From the NCBI GenBank assembly GCA_963713975.1, contig OY970218.1, positions 2,112,001-2,176,000 of the forward strand: 64,000 nucleotides of DNA, read 5' to 3'. Made by a program: the position numbers and the translations under genes. This DNA comes from an uncultured Chloroflexia bacterium. GTDB taxonomy: Bacteria; Chloroflexota; Limnocylindria; Limnocylindrales; CSP1-4. The notes under the pieces are model-generated. The model saw nothing but the letters and a program-made list of their open reading frames with translations, had not been told where the DNA came from and made no database searches. Positions 22,029 to 31,810 of the stretch are shown here, one piece after another. Within the stretch, counting starts at the first letter, position 1. Every line of letters begins with the position of its first letter.

Positions 22029-22077
22029 GGTCGGGTCCGGCTCCACAACAGGCGCGAAGGAGTCTGCGGGCAGGTTT

Positions 22078-22116
22078 CGGCGTCCCGGGCGAGCGGGAGC
22101 TCCGCCCAGGACGCCG
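22078..22116 (-). other. Stem-loop downstream of sugar-binding protein gene
   Basis: CGGCGTCC..GGGCG / CGCCC..GGACGCCG inverted repeat. Confidence 0.6.
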
Positions 22117-22129
22117 TTGGAGGAGGGGC

Positions 22130-23647
22130 TTACGGGTTGGCGGCGTTGTACTCGTCGAAGATGCCCTGGAGGGTCGTCTGGAGGGTGGCGAGCTCGGCAT
22201 CGATGTCAAGGCCGGGCGTCGTCCGGTACTTGTTGTACACGGCCTTGAGGGCAGACCTGGACTTCTGGTAGTCAGGGATCCAGGACTGGTGGTTGGGCTT
22301 GTCGACATAGCCGAGCATCGCGGCGGGCACGGCCCAGTCGATCTTCGAGTTGGGGTAGTTGGCCTGGACGGAGTCGAAGAAGCCCTGCTGGAGGGCCGGA
22401 TCGGCCGGGAACGCGCCGTAGTTGGTCAGCAGCTCAGGCGACTGGACCAGGGCGGCGACGGCCTTGAAGGCCTCGTCGGGGTTCTTGGTCGAGTTGAGGA
22501 TGCTGAAGGTGTCGGCATGGACCTTGGCCGTCGTGACACCGTTGTAGGACGGGGTCACCGCGACGCCCCAGTTGAAGCTGGGCTTGGCGGGCGCGGCCGG
22601 GTTGATGCAGCACGTGTACCAGGCGTGGGTGTCGACCATCGCGATGTTGCCGGACTGGAAGGGGTTGCCCTTGGCCAGCAGGTCGCTCTGGATCTGCGCC
22701 GACGTCGGGATGAAGTGGTCCTTCCAGACGCCGTCGTTGAACCACTTGAGGCCCGTCTTGAACTGGTCCGAGATCTGGGCGGTCTTGCCGTCCGCGGCGA
22801 CCACGGAGCTGGCGCCGAAGATGGTGGCCTCGGTGTCGGAGCGGTCGTCCGCCCACTGCATGTCGAAGCCCCACTGCACGATGTTCTCGGGGTCGAAGTC
22901 GGGGCTCGTGGCGTCGTTGCCGTTCTTGTCGACGGTGAGCTTCATGCCCAGCTCGCGGACGGCCTCCATGTCCCACGGCTTGCCGTTGTACAGCTCGCCG
23001 ACCTTGGTCGGCGGGTACGGCAGCTTGGCCTCATCGAACAGCTTCTGGTTGTAGTAGATGAAGGACGGATAGGTCGCGTACGGCAGGCCGATGGTGGCGC
23101 CGTCCTTGCCCATGTCGAAGAAGTTGACCAGCGCCGGGTCGAACTTGGTCATGTCGAAGTTCTGCGAGGCGATCAGGGACTTCACGTCGAGCAGGTTGTC
23201 GCGGAAGATGTTGAGGCCTTCCACGCCGACCGGGCCGATGATGTCCGGCGGGTTGCCGGCCGCGATCTGGATCTGGAGCTGCTGCGCGGCGACGCTGTTG
23301 TCGTAGATCTCCGGCGTGAGGTAGATGTCCGCCTGCGCGGCGTTGAAGTCCGCGGCGAACTTCTGCTCGGCGGCGATCTGCTCGGGCTTGCCGCCGCCAC
23401 CGAGACCGATGAACCAGCGAACAACCTTGCCGCCGTTGGGGCCGACGGACGTGGCGATCGGCTCCGGGGTGATGGCGACCAGGGACGGTGCCTCGGTGGG
23501 GGCAGGAGCCTCCGTGGCGACCGGGGCTGCACTCGCGGCCGCGCTTGGGGCGGTGGTCGCGGTCGAGCTCCCGCAGGCTGCCGCCACGATCGCGACGATC
23601 CCTGCGGCCACCATCACGGCCCGAGGGCCGGAACGAGAACGGATCAT
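22130..23647 (-). CDS. Sugar ABC substrate-binding lipoprotein
   Basis: AGGAG RBS, lipobox AAAC, Ala/Thr/Pro linker, IAAGNPPDI, IYYNQKLFDEAKLPYP. Confidence 0.92.
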   Translation of the reverse strand: MIRSRSGPRAVMVAAGIVAIVAAACGSSTATTAPSAAASAAPVATEAPAPTEAPSLVAITPEPIATSVGPNGGKVVRWFIGLGGGGKPEQIAAEQKFAADFNAAQADIYLTPEIYDNSVAAQQLQIQIAAGNPPDIIGPVGVEGLNIFRDNLLDVKSLIASQNFDMTKFDPALVNFFDMGKDGATIGLPYATYPSFIYYNQKLFDEAKLPYPPTKVGELYNGKPWDMEAVRELGMKLTVDKNGNDATSPDFDPENIVQWGFDMQWADDRSDTEATIFGASSVVAADGKTAQISDQFKTGLKWFNDGVWKDHFIPTSAQIQSDLLAKGNPFQSGNIAMVDTHAWYTCCINPAAPAKPSFNWGVAVTPSYNGVTTAKVHADTFSILNSTKNPDEAFKAVAALVQSPELLTNYGAFPADPALQQGFFDSVQANYPNSKIDWAVPAAMLGYVDKPNHQSWIPDYQKSRSALKAVYNKYRTTPGLDIDAELATLQTTLQGIFDEYNAANP

Positions 23648-23756
23648 CCTGGAATCTCCTCCTGTACGAGCTCTGGTGAGCTCCTCTTCGTGGGGACGAG
23701 AGCAAGGCTGGGGCGCCGAGGCCCGGTGCTGCGGCGTCCGCCGGTTGCCGGCCGAC

Positions 23757-24821
23757 TCAGGGCGACCGCCTCCCGGCACTCGACGCGCGCCGAATGAGCT
23801 GGGTGGACAGGATCACGCGCCGGGGCACGGGATCCGTCGCGTCGAGCGACTCGACGAGCAGGCGGGCCATCTCGTGGCCCATCTCCTCGATGGGTTGGCG
23901 AACGCTGGTGAGGTGAGGCGTGGTGGACATGGCGATCGCGATGTCGTCGAAGCCGACGACCGCGACGTCGGCCGGGACCCGCCGGCCCGATGCCGTGATC
24001 ACGGCCATGGCGCTGGCGGCCATCAGGTCCGAAGCCGCGAAGACGGCGTCGATGTCCGGGCGGGTCGCCAGCAGGCGTTCCATGGCCGCGGCGCTGCCCT
24101 CCTGGGTGAACCCGCCCAAGGCCTCCAGGGTGCCCTCCAGCGTCAGGCCGCCCTCGGAGAGGGCGTCGCGGTAGCCCTTGAGGCGGTCGAAGCCCGGGGC
24201 CGTGTCGAGGGGCCCGGTGATCGTGGCGATGACCCGCCGTCCGGAGGAGATCAGGTGCGCGACGGCCGCCTGGGCGCCCTGCCGGTTGTCGGCATCCACG
24301 AAGCTGGCCTGTGACCCATGCGGGGGCCGCCCGACCATCACGATCGGAACGCCCGCGGCCGCCAGGCGGGCCGGGAGGGGGTCGTTCTCGTGGAGGCTGA
24401 CCAGGAGGGCCCCGTCCACGTGGCCGGCGGTCAGGTAGTCCACGGCGCGGCGCTCATCGGCCGGCGATTCAGGCATCAGCAGGACGAGCTGGCGGTCGCT
24501 GGCCGCGAGCGCGGAGCTGATGCCGCGCAGCAGGCGCGGGAAGAACGGGTCCGCGAACACCTGGCCGGTGGGCTGGGTGATGACCACCGCGACCGAGTCG
24601 CTGCGCTTGGTCACGAGGCTTCGGGCGGCTCGATTGGGCGTGTAGCCGAGCTGCTCGATGGCGGCCTGGACGCTGAGCCTCACGTCCGGGCTCACCCGCG
24701 GGGAGTCGTTCACGACGCGCGAGACGGTCGCGCGGGAGACGCCCGCGACCTGGGCGACCTCCTCCAGCGTGGCATTGCCGGGTCGAGTGCGACCGTTGAG
24801 CTGTGGCACCTGCCGCTCCAT
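23757..24821 (-). CDS. LacI-family repressor (CelR/CebR-like)
   Basis: TLEEVAQVAGVSRATVSRVVN HTH, LGYTPNRAARSL, VAVVGFDD, LTSVRQP. Confidence 0.95.
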   Translation of the reverse strand: MERQVPQLNGRTRPGNATLEEVAQVAGVSRATVSRVVNDSPRVSPDVRLSVQAAIEQLGYTPNRAARSLVTKRSDSVAVVITQPTGQVFADPFFPRLLRGISSALAASDRQLVLLMPESPADERRAVDYLTAGHVDGALLVSLHENDPLPARLAAAGVPIVMVGRPPHGSQASFVDADNRQGAQAAVAHLISSGRRVIATITGPLDTAPGFDRLKGYRDALSEGGLTLEGTLEALGGFTQEGSAAAMERLLATRPDIDAVFAASDLMAASAMAVITASGRRVPADVAVVGFDDIAIAMSTTPHLTSVRQPIEEMGHEMARLLVESLDATDPVPRRVILSTQLIRRASSAGRRSP

Positions 24822-24826
24822 GCATG

Positions 24827-24886
24827 GTGAGAGCGCTCTCACGCTTGATGTGCACTCTAACAGCACGTGTCAAGAGAGCGCTCTCA
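24827..24886. promoter_or_regulatory. Two LacI operators flanking an extended -10 promoter
   Basis: GTGAGAGCGCTCTCAC (24827-24842, perfect) and AGAGAGCGCTCTCA (24873-24886), centres 45 bp apart; minus-strand TGtTAGAGT between them. Confidence 0.85.
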
Positions 24887-24950
24887 CGGTGTGCGGCGGC
24901 AATCCGGTCGCGTTCGAGGGCCCTCGCCGCGCTCTGGGAGAGGAGTGCCT

Positions 24951-25928
24951 CTAGCGGCGGGTCGCCGGATCCTCCCCGGTCATCTCCACCACCGCGTCCC
25001 ACAGCGCGACCCGGTCGGCGGCGGACAGCCGCGTCGCCGGCACCCGGTCGAACGGGCGCGCCCGACGGTCCAGGAACAGCCGCCCGGTGACGCGACCTGC
25101 TCCGGGCGAGGCTGCGAGCCACAGGATCGTGTCCACGCCTTCCGCCGCAGTCCGCAGCTGGCCGCCCACGAGCTTCGCGAAGCCCGGTAGTGACGCCTCG
25201 AGCCCGGGCGTGTTCGCCCAGCCGGGGTGCATGGCATTGGCGACGACACCGGCCCCGCGCAGCCGCCGCGCCCACTCGCGGATGAGCGCCACCTGGGCCC
25301 GCTTGGCCCGCGCATAGGCCCCGGCCCCGTTGTAGGTGCCACGCTCGTAGGCCAGGTCGTCGAGGGGGAGCGCCTGCGTGTACATCCCACCCGACGTGAC
25401 GGCGATCAGCCGCCCGTCGGGGCTCTCGGCCAGCCGCGGCATGAGCCGGGATGCCAGCACGAACGGCCCGAGGACCATGATCGCGAAGGTGCGCTCGAAC
25501 CCCTCGTCGGTGACCTGACGCTCGGGGATCATGGCGCCTGCGTTGTCCACGATCACGTCGATCCGCGGCTCGCGCTCCAGGATCTCGTCGGCGGCGGCCC
25601 GGACGGAGGCCAGCGACCCCATGTCGGCCACGACGCTGATCGCGTCGAGCGCGGGCACCTCGGTGAGCAGCTCCGTCCGGGTCCGCTCGAGGCGGCCGGC
25701 ATCGCGGCCAACCAGGACCAGGCGGGCGCCCATGCGCGCGAGCGAGCCCGCGGCCGCCCGCCCCAAGCCGGACGTTGCGCCCGTGAGCACCACGGTGCGC
25801 CCGGTCATCGGGTAGGTCTCCACGTCGGGCCAGCGGTGCAGGCGCTTGCGCAGGCGGAAGCCGATTCGGGTGAAGGAGGGGACGATGAGCACTTCCGCGA
25901 GGTCGTCGAGCAGGTAGCGTGTGTTCAT
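24951..25928 (-). CDS. Short-chain dehydrogenase/reductase (DHRS12-like)
   Basis: [32 protein letters not shown]. Confidence 0.92.
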   Translation of the reverse strand: MNTRYLLDDLAEVLIVPSFTRIGFRLRKRLHRWPDVETYPMTGRTVVLTGATSGLGRAAAGSLARMGARLVLVGRDAGRLERTRTELLTEVPALDAISVVADMGSLASVRAAADEILEREPRIDVIVDNAGAMIPERQVTDEGFERTFAIMVLGPFVLASRLMPRLAESPDGRLIAVTSGGMYTQALPLDDLAYERGTYNGAGAYARAKRAQVALIREWARRLRGAGVVANAMHPGWANTPGLEASLPGFAKLVGGQLRTAAEGVDTILWLAASPGAGRVTGRLFLDRRARPFDRVPATRLSAADRVALWDAVVEMTGEDPATRR

Positions 25929-25940
25929 AACACCCACATC

Positions 25941-25980
25941 TTCGTCCGCCGACCCCATCCGGATCGCCTCGGGGCCCGAA
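25941..25980. promoter_or_regulatory. Back-to-back ECF (SigK-type) promoters
   Basis: + strand CCATCC(25955-60)-N15-CCGAA(25976-80); - strand CGATCC(25966-61)-N15-ACGAA(25945-41). Confidence 0.7.
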
Positions 25981-26026
25981 TTGAGGGCACTGGGTCCCCG
26001 AGCAGGACCCGATGGAGAATCCCGAG

Positions 26027-26479
26027 ATGCCCCGACTGCACGAGACCATCGAGACACGCCTGCCCGCCGAGGACGCTTTCGCGTTCATCGCGGACTTCGC
26101 CAACTCCCAGCACTGGGACCCGGGGGTTGCCACCTCCGAGCGGATCGACGACGGCCCTGTGGGCCTGGGTGCCCGCTACCAGCTGGGCGTCCGGATGCGC
26201 GGCAACGTCGCCCCCATGGAGTACCGGATCACCACCTGGGAGCCGTCCACGCGCGTGGTCCTCACGGGCGAGGGATCGAGCGTCCACGCGGTGGACGAGA
26301 TCCGCTTCGAGCCGATCCCGGACGGCACGCGCATCGACTACACAGCCGACATTCACCTGACTGGCTGGATGCGCCTCGTGGAGCCGTTCGTGGGAGGCTC
26401 CTTCGCCAAGATCGCCAAGGACGCTCTGGGAGGTATGCAGAAAACGCTCGACGAGCGCGCGAAGTCGGCCCCTCGATGA
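26027..26479 (+). CDS. SRPBCC/START (polyketide cyclase-like) lipid-binding protein
   Basis: [17 protein letters not shown]...GPVGLGARY; GGAG RBS. Confidence 0.85.
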   Translation: MPRLHETIETRLPAEDAFAFIADFANSQHWDPGVATSERIDDGPVGLGARYQLGVRMRGNVAPMEYRITTWEPSTRVVLTGEGSSVHAVDEIRFEPIPDGTRIDYTADIHLTGWMRLVEPFVGGSFAKIAKDALGGMQKTLDERAKSAPR

Positions 26480-27753
26480 GGGTCGCCGTTGTCGGTTCGG
26501 GCGTCAGCGGCCTGTCCGCGACCTGGGCTCTCCAGCAGGGCGGCCACCGGGTCGCCCTGTACGAGCGGGACGCAGATCCCGGTGGGCACGTCGCCACGGT
26601 CGCCGTGAACACCCCGGCGGGCGCGTTCAACGTGGACACCGGGTTCATCGTCTACAACGAGCCCACCTACCCCAACCTCGTGCACTTGTTTGAGGAGCTG
26701 GGCGTGGAGACGCAGCCCAGCAACATGTCGTTCGCGTCGTCCTGCAAGGCCTGCGACGTGGAGTTCGGGTCCCGAGGCGCGGGCGGGTTCTTCGCCCAGC
26801 GCAGTCTCGCGGCCCGCCCTGGCTACCTGCGCATGTTCCCGGACATCCTGCGGTTCTACCGCGATGCCCGGAAGATCCTTGACACCCCGGCGCCCACGGG
26901 CATGACGCTGGGCGCGTACCTGGCGGACCGGAGGTTCGGCACCTCGTTCCGGGACCACTTCCTGGTGCCCATCACCGCGGCAGTGTGGTCCACGGCGCCC
27001 GGGCTCACTCTGGACTACCCCGTCGACTACCTACTCCGGTTCCTGGACAACCACGGCCTGATCGGCCTGGGCCAGGCACACCCGTGGCGGACCGTGACGG
27101 GTGGGTCCCGTGCCTACGTGGAGAAGCTGCTGGCGCAGCTGCCGGACAACGCGATGCGGGCGGGCTCGCCGGTCGTGGGCGTGACGCGGGACCATGCCGG
27201 CGTGACGGTGCGGACGCTGGACCGCGGCCCCGAGCGCTTCGACGCCCTGGTCATGGCGGCCCATGCGGACGATGCCCTGGCGGCGCTCGCCGACGCTGAC
27301 GGCGCGGAGCGGTCCGCCCTGGGCGGCTTCGAGTACAACCGCAACGAGGTGGTGCTCCACACGGACGAGCGTGTCATGCCCCGGCGGCGTGGTGCCTGGT
27401 CGTCGTGGAACGTGGACCAGGCGGCGTGCAATCCGCCCGGCGCAGCCGTCACCATGACGTACCACATGAACCGTCTCCAGGCCCTCCCGGGCCCCACCCA
27501 GTACTTCACCTCGGTCAATCCGGGCGACGCGGTCCGCGACGACCGGGTCATCCTGGCCCGCGAGTTCACGCACCCGCTGTACACCTTCCGCTCGCTCGAG
27601 TCCCAGGCGGCGATCCGCGACCTCCAGGGCCACCGGTCCACCTGGTACGCCGGCGCCCACCTGGGCTACGGGTTCCACGAGGACGGCTGCCGGTCCGGGT
27701 TCGAGGCCGCCGCGCTCATCTCCTCGGTCAAGCCCCAGGAGCGTGCGGCATGA
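26476..27753 (+). CDS. FAD-dependent amine-oxidase-family enzyme (UfaD/Rv0449c-like)
   Basis: [37 protein letters not shown]. Confidence 0.9.
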   Translation: MRVAVVGSGVSGLSATWALQQGGHRVALYERDADPGGHVATVAVNTPAGAFNVDTGFIVYNEPTYPNLVHLFEELGVETQPSNMSFASSCKACDVEFGSRGAGGFFAQRSLAARPGYLRMFPDILRFYRDARKILDTPAPTGMTLGAYLADRRFGTSFRDHFLVPITAAVWSTAPGLTLDYPVDYLLRFLDNHGLIGLGQAHPWRTVTGGSRAYVEKLLAQLPDNAMRAGSPVVGVTRDHAGVTVRTLDRGPERFDALVMAAHADDALAALADADGAERSALGGFEYNRNEVVLHTDERVMPRRRGAWSSWNVDQAACNPPGAAVTMTYHMNRLQALPGPTQYFTSVNPGDAVRDDRVILAREFTHPLYTFRSLESQAAIRDLQGHRSTWYAGAHLGYGFHEDGCRSGFEAAALISSVKPQERAA

Positions 27754-28571
27754 GATCCCACCTGCTGGAGGGCAAGCTCCGGCATCGCCGGGCGGCGCCC
27801 GTCGAGTACACGCTGGAGCACAACGTCTTCTACACCGCCCTCGACCTCTCGGAGTTGGACGAGGTGTCCCGCTCGATGCGGCTCATCGGGCGCAACCGCC
27901 GCAACGTGCTGGAGTTCCGGGACGCGGACCACTGGCCCACGCCCGCCACGGACCTCCGGGAGACCGTCCTCGCGCACCTGCGCGCGGAGGGCGAGGACCC
28001 CACAGGCTGGCGGATCATGCTGATCACCAACCTGCGGGTCCTGGGCTACGTCTTCAACCCGGCCAGCTTCTACCTGTGCCGGGACGCCACAGGCGAGTTG
28101 CGGGTTGTCATCGTGGAGGTGCACAACACGCACCTGGAGCGACACCTCTACACGCTTCGCCCCGGGGCGCCGGGCCGGCGTTTCGTGGCCTCGATGGACA
28201 AGGACTTCTATGTCTCGCCGTTCATCGACATGGAGGGTCGCTACACGGTGCACGTGTTGGACGACCCGAAGAGCGTGCGGATCGCGATCAACGAGCGGCG
28301 GGGCGATGCACCCGTCATCGGCACCAGCCTCGTGCTGGAACGCAAGCGGCTGAGCGACCGGATGGTGGTTCGGATGCTGTTCCGGCACCCGCTCATGACC
28401 CAGCGGACCATCGCGCTGATCCACGTGCACGCCTGGCGGCTGTGGCGCCGGGGCGTGCGGTTCCAGCGCCACGGCCAGGCAGTCGCCGAGCACGCCGCCG
28501 CGAAGGCCCGGGTGTCTTCCGGTCCAGGGGCACGGCCGCTTGCGCCGGGCACGGGAGCCGTCGGCCGTTGA
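27750..28571 (+). CDS. DUF1365 protein (UfaO/Rv0448c-like)
   Basis: [35 protein letters not shown]. Confidence 0.9.
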   Translation: MRSHLLEGKLRHRRAAPVEYTLEHNVFYTALDLSELDEVSRSMRLIGRNRRNVLEFRDADHWPTPATDLRETVLAHLRAEGEDPTGWRIMLITNLRVLGYVFNPASFYLCRDATGELRVVIVEVHNTHLERHLYTLRPGAPGRRFVASMDKDFYVSPFIDMEGRYTVHVLDDPKSVRIAINERRGDAPVIGTSLVLERKRLSDRMVVRMLFRHPLMTQRTIALIHVHAWRLWRRGVRFQRHGQAVAEHAAAKARVSSGPGARPLAPGTGAVGR

Positions 28572-29827
28572 GTCTCGGGATCACCGCCAACCCCATCGCG
28601 CGGTTCGCCGATCGCACGATGACCCAGCTGGCGATGCGGGTCGGGCTCAGGGCTGCGTCGCGGATCCGGACGGGCCGCCTCACGGTGGTCATGCCCAACG
28701 GGCGCCGGCGGGTGTTCGGCGACCCGGCCTCGCCGCGCCAGGCGGAGCTCCACGTCCACGAACCGTCCGCGGCCATCCGCGTCCTGCTGCACGGCGAGAC
28801 GGGCATCGGCGAGGCCTACATGGACGGCCAGTGGTCGTCCCCGGATATCGAGGCGCTGATCGAGCTTGCAGCCCTCAACCGGTCCGATCTCGCCCTGGCC
28901 AAGGGGTGGTGGCGCCGGCCGTTCGAGATCCCGCGCCGCCTGGCGCACCGCGCCCGCGCCAACACGAAGACGCAGGCCCGCGACAACATCTCCGCCCACT
29001 ACGACCTCGGCAACGATCTGTACCGCCTGTTCCTCGACGAGACGATGACCTACTCCAGCGCCGTGTTCGACTCGCCGGAGCAATCCCTCGAAGACGCCCA
29101 GCGCACCAAGTTCCAGCGGCTCGCGGAGGGTGCAGGCCTGGAAGCCGGGATGCACGTCCTGGAGATCGGGTCGGGCTGGGGCGGATTCGCGCTGTACGCG
29201 GCCGGCGAGCTTGGCTGCCGGGTCACGTCCATCACGATCTCGCAGGAGCAGCACGACCTCGCCCGGGAGCGCGTCCGCGAGGCCGGGCTGGAGCACCTCG
29301 TCGACATCCAGCTCCTTGACTATCGCGACATCACGGGCGAGTACGACGCCATCGTCTCGATCGAGATGCTTGAGGCGGTCGGCGAGGAGTTCTTCACCAC
29401 CTACTTCGAGGCCTGCGATCGCGCGCTCAAGCCCGGCGGCCGGTTCAGCCTTCAGGTGATCACCTTCCCGGACGTCGCCTACGGGGCCCAGCGCCGCGGG
29501 GCGAACTGGATCCAGACCTACATCTTCCCGGGTGGCCTGTGCCCGTCGCTCGCGGTCATCGAGCAGTCGCTGCACGGCACCCGGCTCCTGATCCGCGAGT
29601 CACGCGACATCGGACCGCACTACGCCACGACGCTTCGGGCATGGAGGACGCGCTTTCTCGAGAACGTCGATGCGGTGCGCGCGCTGGGCTTCGACGACCG
29701 CTTCATCCGGATGTGGGAGTACTACCTCGCGTTGTCTGAGGCGGGCTTTGCCACCGGCCTGACGCAGGACCTCCAGGTCGTGCTGGAGAAGGGGCGCGGC
29801 CTCACCGTCCCGTCGTCGTCCGCCTGA
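28568..29827 (+). CDS. cfa: SAM-dependent fatty-acyl phospholipid methyltransferase (Cfa/UfaM family)
   Basis: NISAHYDLGN, LDETMTYS, LEIGSGWG, SIEMLEAVG, IQTYIFPGG, RMWEYYL. Confidence 0.92.
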   Translation: MSLGITANPIARFADRTMTQLAMRVGLRAASRIRTGRLTVVMPNGRRRVFGDPASPRQAELHVHEPSAAIRVLLHGETGIGEAYMDGQWSSPDIEALIELAALNRSDLALAKGWWRRPFEIPRRLAHRARANTKTQARDNISAHYDLGNDLYRLFLDETMTYSSAVFDSPEQSLEDAQRTKFQRLAEGAGLEAGMHVLEIGSGWGGFALYAAGELGCRVTSITISQEQHDLARERVREAGLEHLVDIQLLDYRDITGEYDAIVSIEMLEAVGEEFFTTYFEACDRALKPGGRFSLQVITFPDVAYGAQRRGANWIQTYIFPGGLCPSLAVIEQSLHGTRLLIRESRDIGPHYATTLRAWRTRFLENVDAVRALGFDDRFIRMWEYYLALSEAGFATGLTQDLQVVLEKGRGLTVPSSSA

Positions 29828-30491
29828 TCACCGGCGCCTGCGGGTCGTGGGTGGCGACGTAGGTCGGGACCTGGGCCCGACGCTCGAGCCCCAACTTCGA
29901 CAGGATCGAGCTGACGTAGTTCTTGACGGTCTTGTCCGAGAGGAAGACCGTCTCGGCGATCTCCCGATTGGTCATGCCCGCGGCGATGAGCGGCAGGATC
30001 TCGCGCTCGCGCACCGTCAGGGTGCTCGCCTCGTCCGGGTAGGTGCCGCCCGCGATGCGCCGGACGCGCTCCAGCACCATCCCTGTCACCACGGCATCGA
30101 ACATCGACTCGCCGCGCCCCACCGCCTCGAGGGTGCGCACCAGCTGGGCGGACCGCGTCTGCTTGAGGACGTAGCCGCGAGCCCCGGCCACGATGGCCGC
30201 GAACACGTCAAGCTCGTCGGGTGAGCTCGTCAGGAACACGACCCGCAGGTCCGGGGATCCGTCGAGCAGCAGCCGGCAGGCCTCGATCCCCGACGCATCC
30301 GGAAGTTGGATGTCCAGCAGCACGATGTCCGGCTCGAAGCGCCGGGCCTGGGCGACGGCGCCATGACACGTCCCGGCCTCGGCCACGACCTCAAACTGCC
30401 CGCGGCGGTCGAGGAAGGCGATCAGCCCGCGTCGGACCACCTCGTGATCGTCCACGACGAGAATCCGCAGGGGCGCAGCGGGGGTGGTCAT
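29802..30491 (-). CDS. NarL/DevR-type response regulator (orphan)
   Basis: VVDDHEVVR, LLDIQLPD phospho-Asp, LTVRERE...GMTNREIA...KTVKNYVS HTH. Confidence 0.93.
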   Translation of the reverse strand: MTTPAAPLRILVVDDHEVVRRGLIAFLDRRGQFEVVAEAGTCHGAVAQARRFEPDIVLLDIQLPDASGIEACRLLLDGSPDLRVVFLTSSPDELDVFAAIVAGARGYVLKQTRSAQLVRTLEAVGRGESMFDAVVTGMVLERVRRIAGGTYPDEASTLTVREREILPLIAAGMTNREIAETVFLSDKTVKNYVSSILSKLGLERRAQVPTYVATHDPQAPVIRRTTTGR

Positions 30492-30585
30492 CCGTCTCCG
30501 AGCATGACGGCTTCGCTGCCGGACCGCAATGCCGGCGGCGTCGGCATGGTCAGGGGAGACCGCGGCCTGGGGCCGGCGGTCACGT

Positions 30586-31041
30586 CTACAGCCTGGATCG
30601 GAGGTCCACGCTGAAGTCCACGTGGGCGCGGAGCATGGTCAGTGCCTCGCCCCACCCCTCCAGCGCCTCGGACCAGGCCTCGATGCCCCCCGGCTCGTCC
30701 AGCGGGAACGGGCCGTCGTCCAGCTGCATCACGGAGCCGTACCCGGCGGGCTGGATCGTGATCCGTGCGGTGGTGACCAGCTGGTCGTCGGGGAGCCACG
30801 GCCAGCGGAATGCGAATGCCGTGGCTGAGCGCGCCTCGATCACCTCCCACCACACCCGGTGGTCCTCCCAGACGAGCGTCGTCCGGGCGCCCACGGTGAG
30901 GCCGCCCTCGACGCGGTCGGGGAACCAGCGCGCCAGCTCCTCCGGATCGGCCCAGGCGCGGTACACCCGCTCGGGCGGCGCGTTGAACCGCCGGGTCATC
31001 CGGGCGGTGGGTCTGATCTCCGTGCCGACGGGCAGCGTCAT
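30586..31041 (-). CDS. SRPBCC/AHSA1-like protein
   Basis: RRFNAPPERVYRAWADPEELARWF...GW..AL..L. Confidence 0.85.
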   Translation of the reverse strand: MTLPVGTEIRPTARMTRRFNAPPERVYRAWADPEELARWFPDRVEGGLTVGARTTLVWEDHRVWWEVIEARSATAFAFRWPWLPDDQLVTTARITIQPAGYGSVMQLDDGPFPLDEPGGIEAWSEALEGWGEALTMLRAHVDFSVDLRSRL

Positions 31042-31117
31042 GGTGGCATCGCTCCTTCGAGCCAAAGGGTAAGCCCCATCCCGCGACACCGCACATGGCT
31101 GGTGCTAGCGTGCCGCC

Positions 31118-31810
31118 ATGGGCACCCGGCTCTCGTTTCCCTCGACCGTCATCGGCGTCCTCGCGTTCGCGATCGCGATGGCCTACCTGGAATCGGCGGT
31201 CGTCGTCTACCTCACGCTTGCGCTGGGTGGGGAGGTCGGGGTGCTCTTCCCGCTGCGGCCGGTGATCGAGGCGGGCGACCTGGTCGCGATCGAGGTCGGA
31301 CGGGAGGCGGCGACGCTGGTCATGATCGCGGCGATCGGCGTGCTCGTCGGCCGGACATGGGTCGAGCGCCTCGCCTGGAGCGCGGTCGTCTTTGGCGCGT
31401 GGGACATCGGCTATTACGCGTGGCTGAACGTGTTTCGGGGCTGGCCGCCGACGCTGGGCACGACGGACGTGCTGTTCCTGATCCCGGTGCCATGGGTCGG
31501 CCCGGTCTGGTCGCCCGTGGTGGTGAGCATCGCGCTGGTCGGTTTCGGCCTGGTCGCGGCGTGGCGGGAGCGGGCCGAACGGCCGGTCGTGCTGTGTCGC
31601 CGGCACTGGGTTGCCGCGGTCGGCGGGGGCATCCTCGTCATCCTCTCGTGGACGATCGATGCTGGGCGCGTGATGGACGGGGCGTTTCCGGGCCCGTACC
31701 CGTGGCCGCTGTTCGTGGCCGGGATGCTGCTCGCCGTGGCCGCCGCGGTGGACGCCCTGTGTCGGCCGGGCCGTGCGGTTCCCGACGCGCGGGTGTCAGG
31801 AGTCGCCTGA
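31118..31810 (+). CDS. Conserved-looking multi-pass membrane protein, function unknown
   Basis: AMAYLESAVVVYL, REAATLVM, WDIGYY, DVLFLIPVPW; TAGCGT 6 nt upstream of ATG. Confidence 0.8.
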   Translation: MGTRLSFPSTVIGVLAFAIAMAYLESAVVVYLTLALGGEVGVLFPLRPVIEAGDLVAIEVGREAATLVMIAAIGVLVGRTWVERLAWSAVVFGAWDIGYYAWLNVFRGWPPTLGTTDVLFLIPVPWVGPVWSPVVVSIALVGFGLVAAWRERAERPVVLCRRHWVAAVGGGILVILSWTIDAGRVMDGAFPGPYPWPLFVAGMLLAVAAAVDALCRPGRAVPDARVSGVA

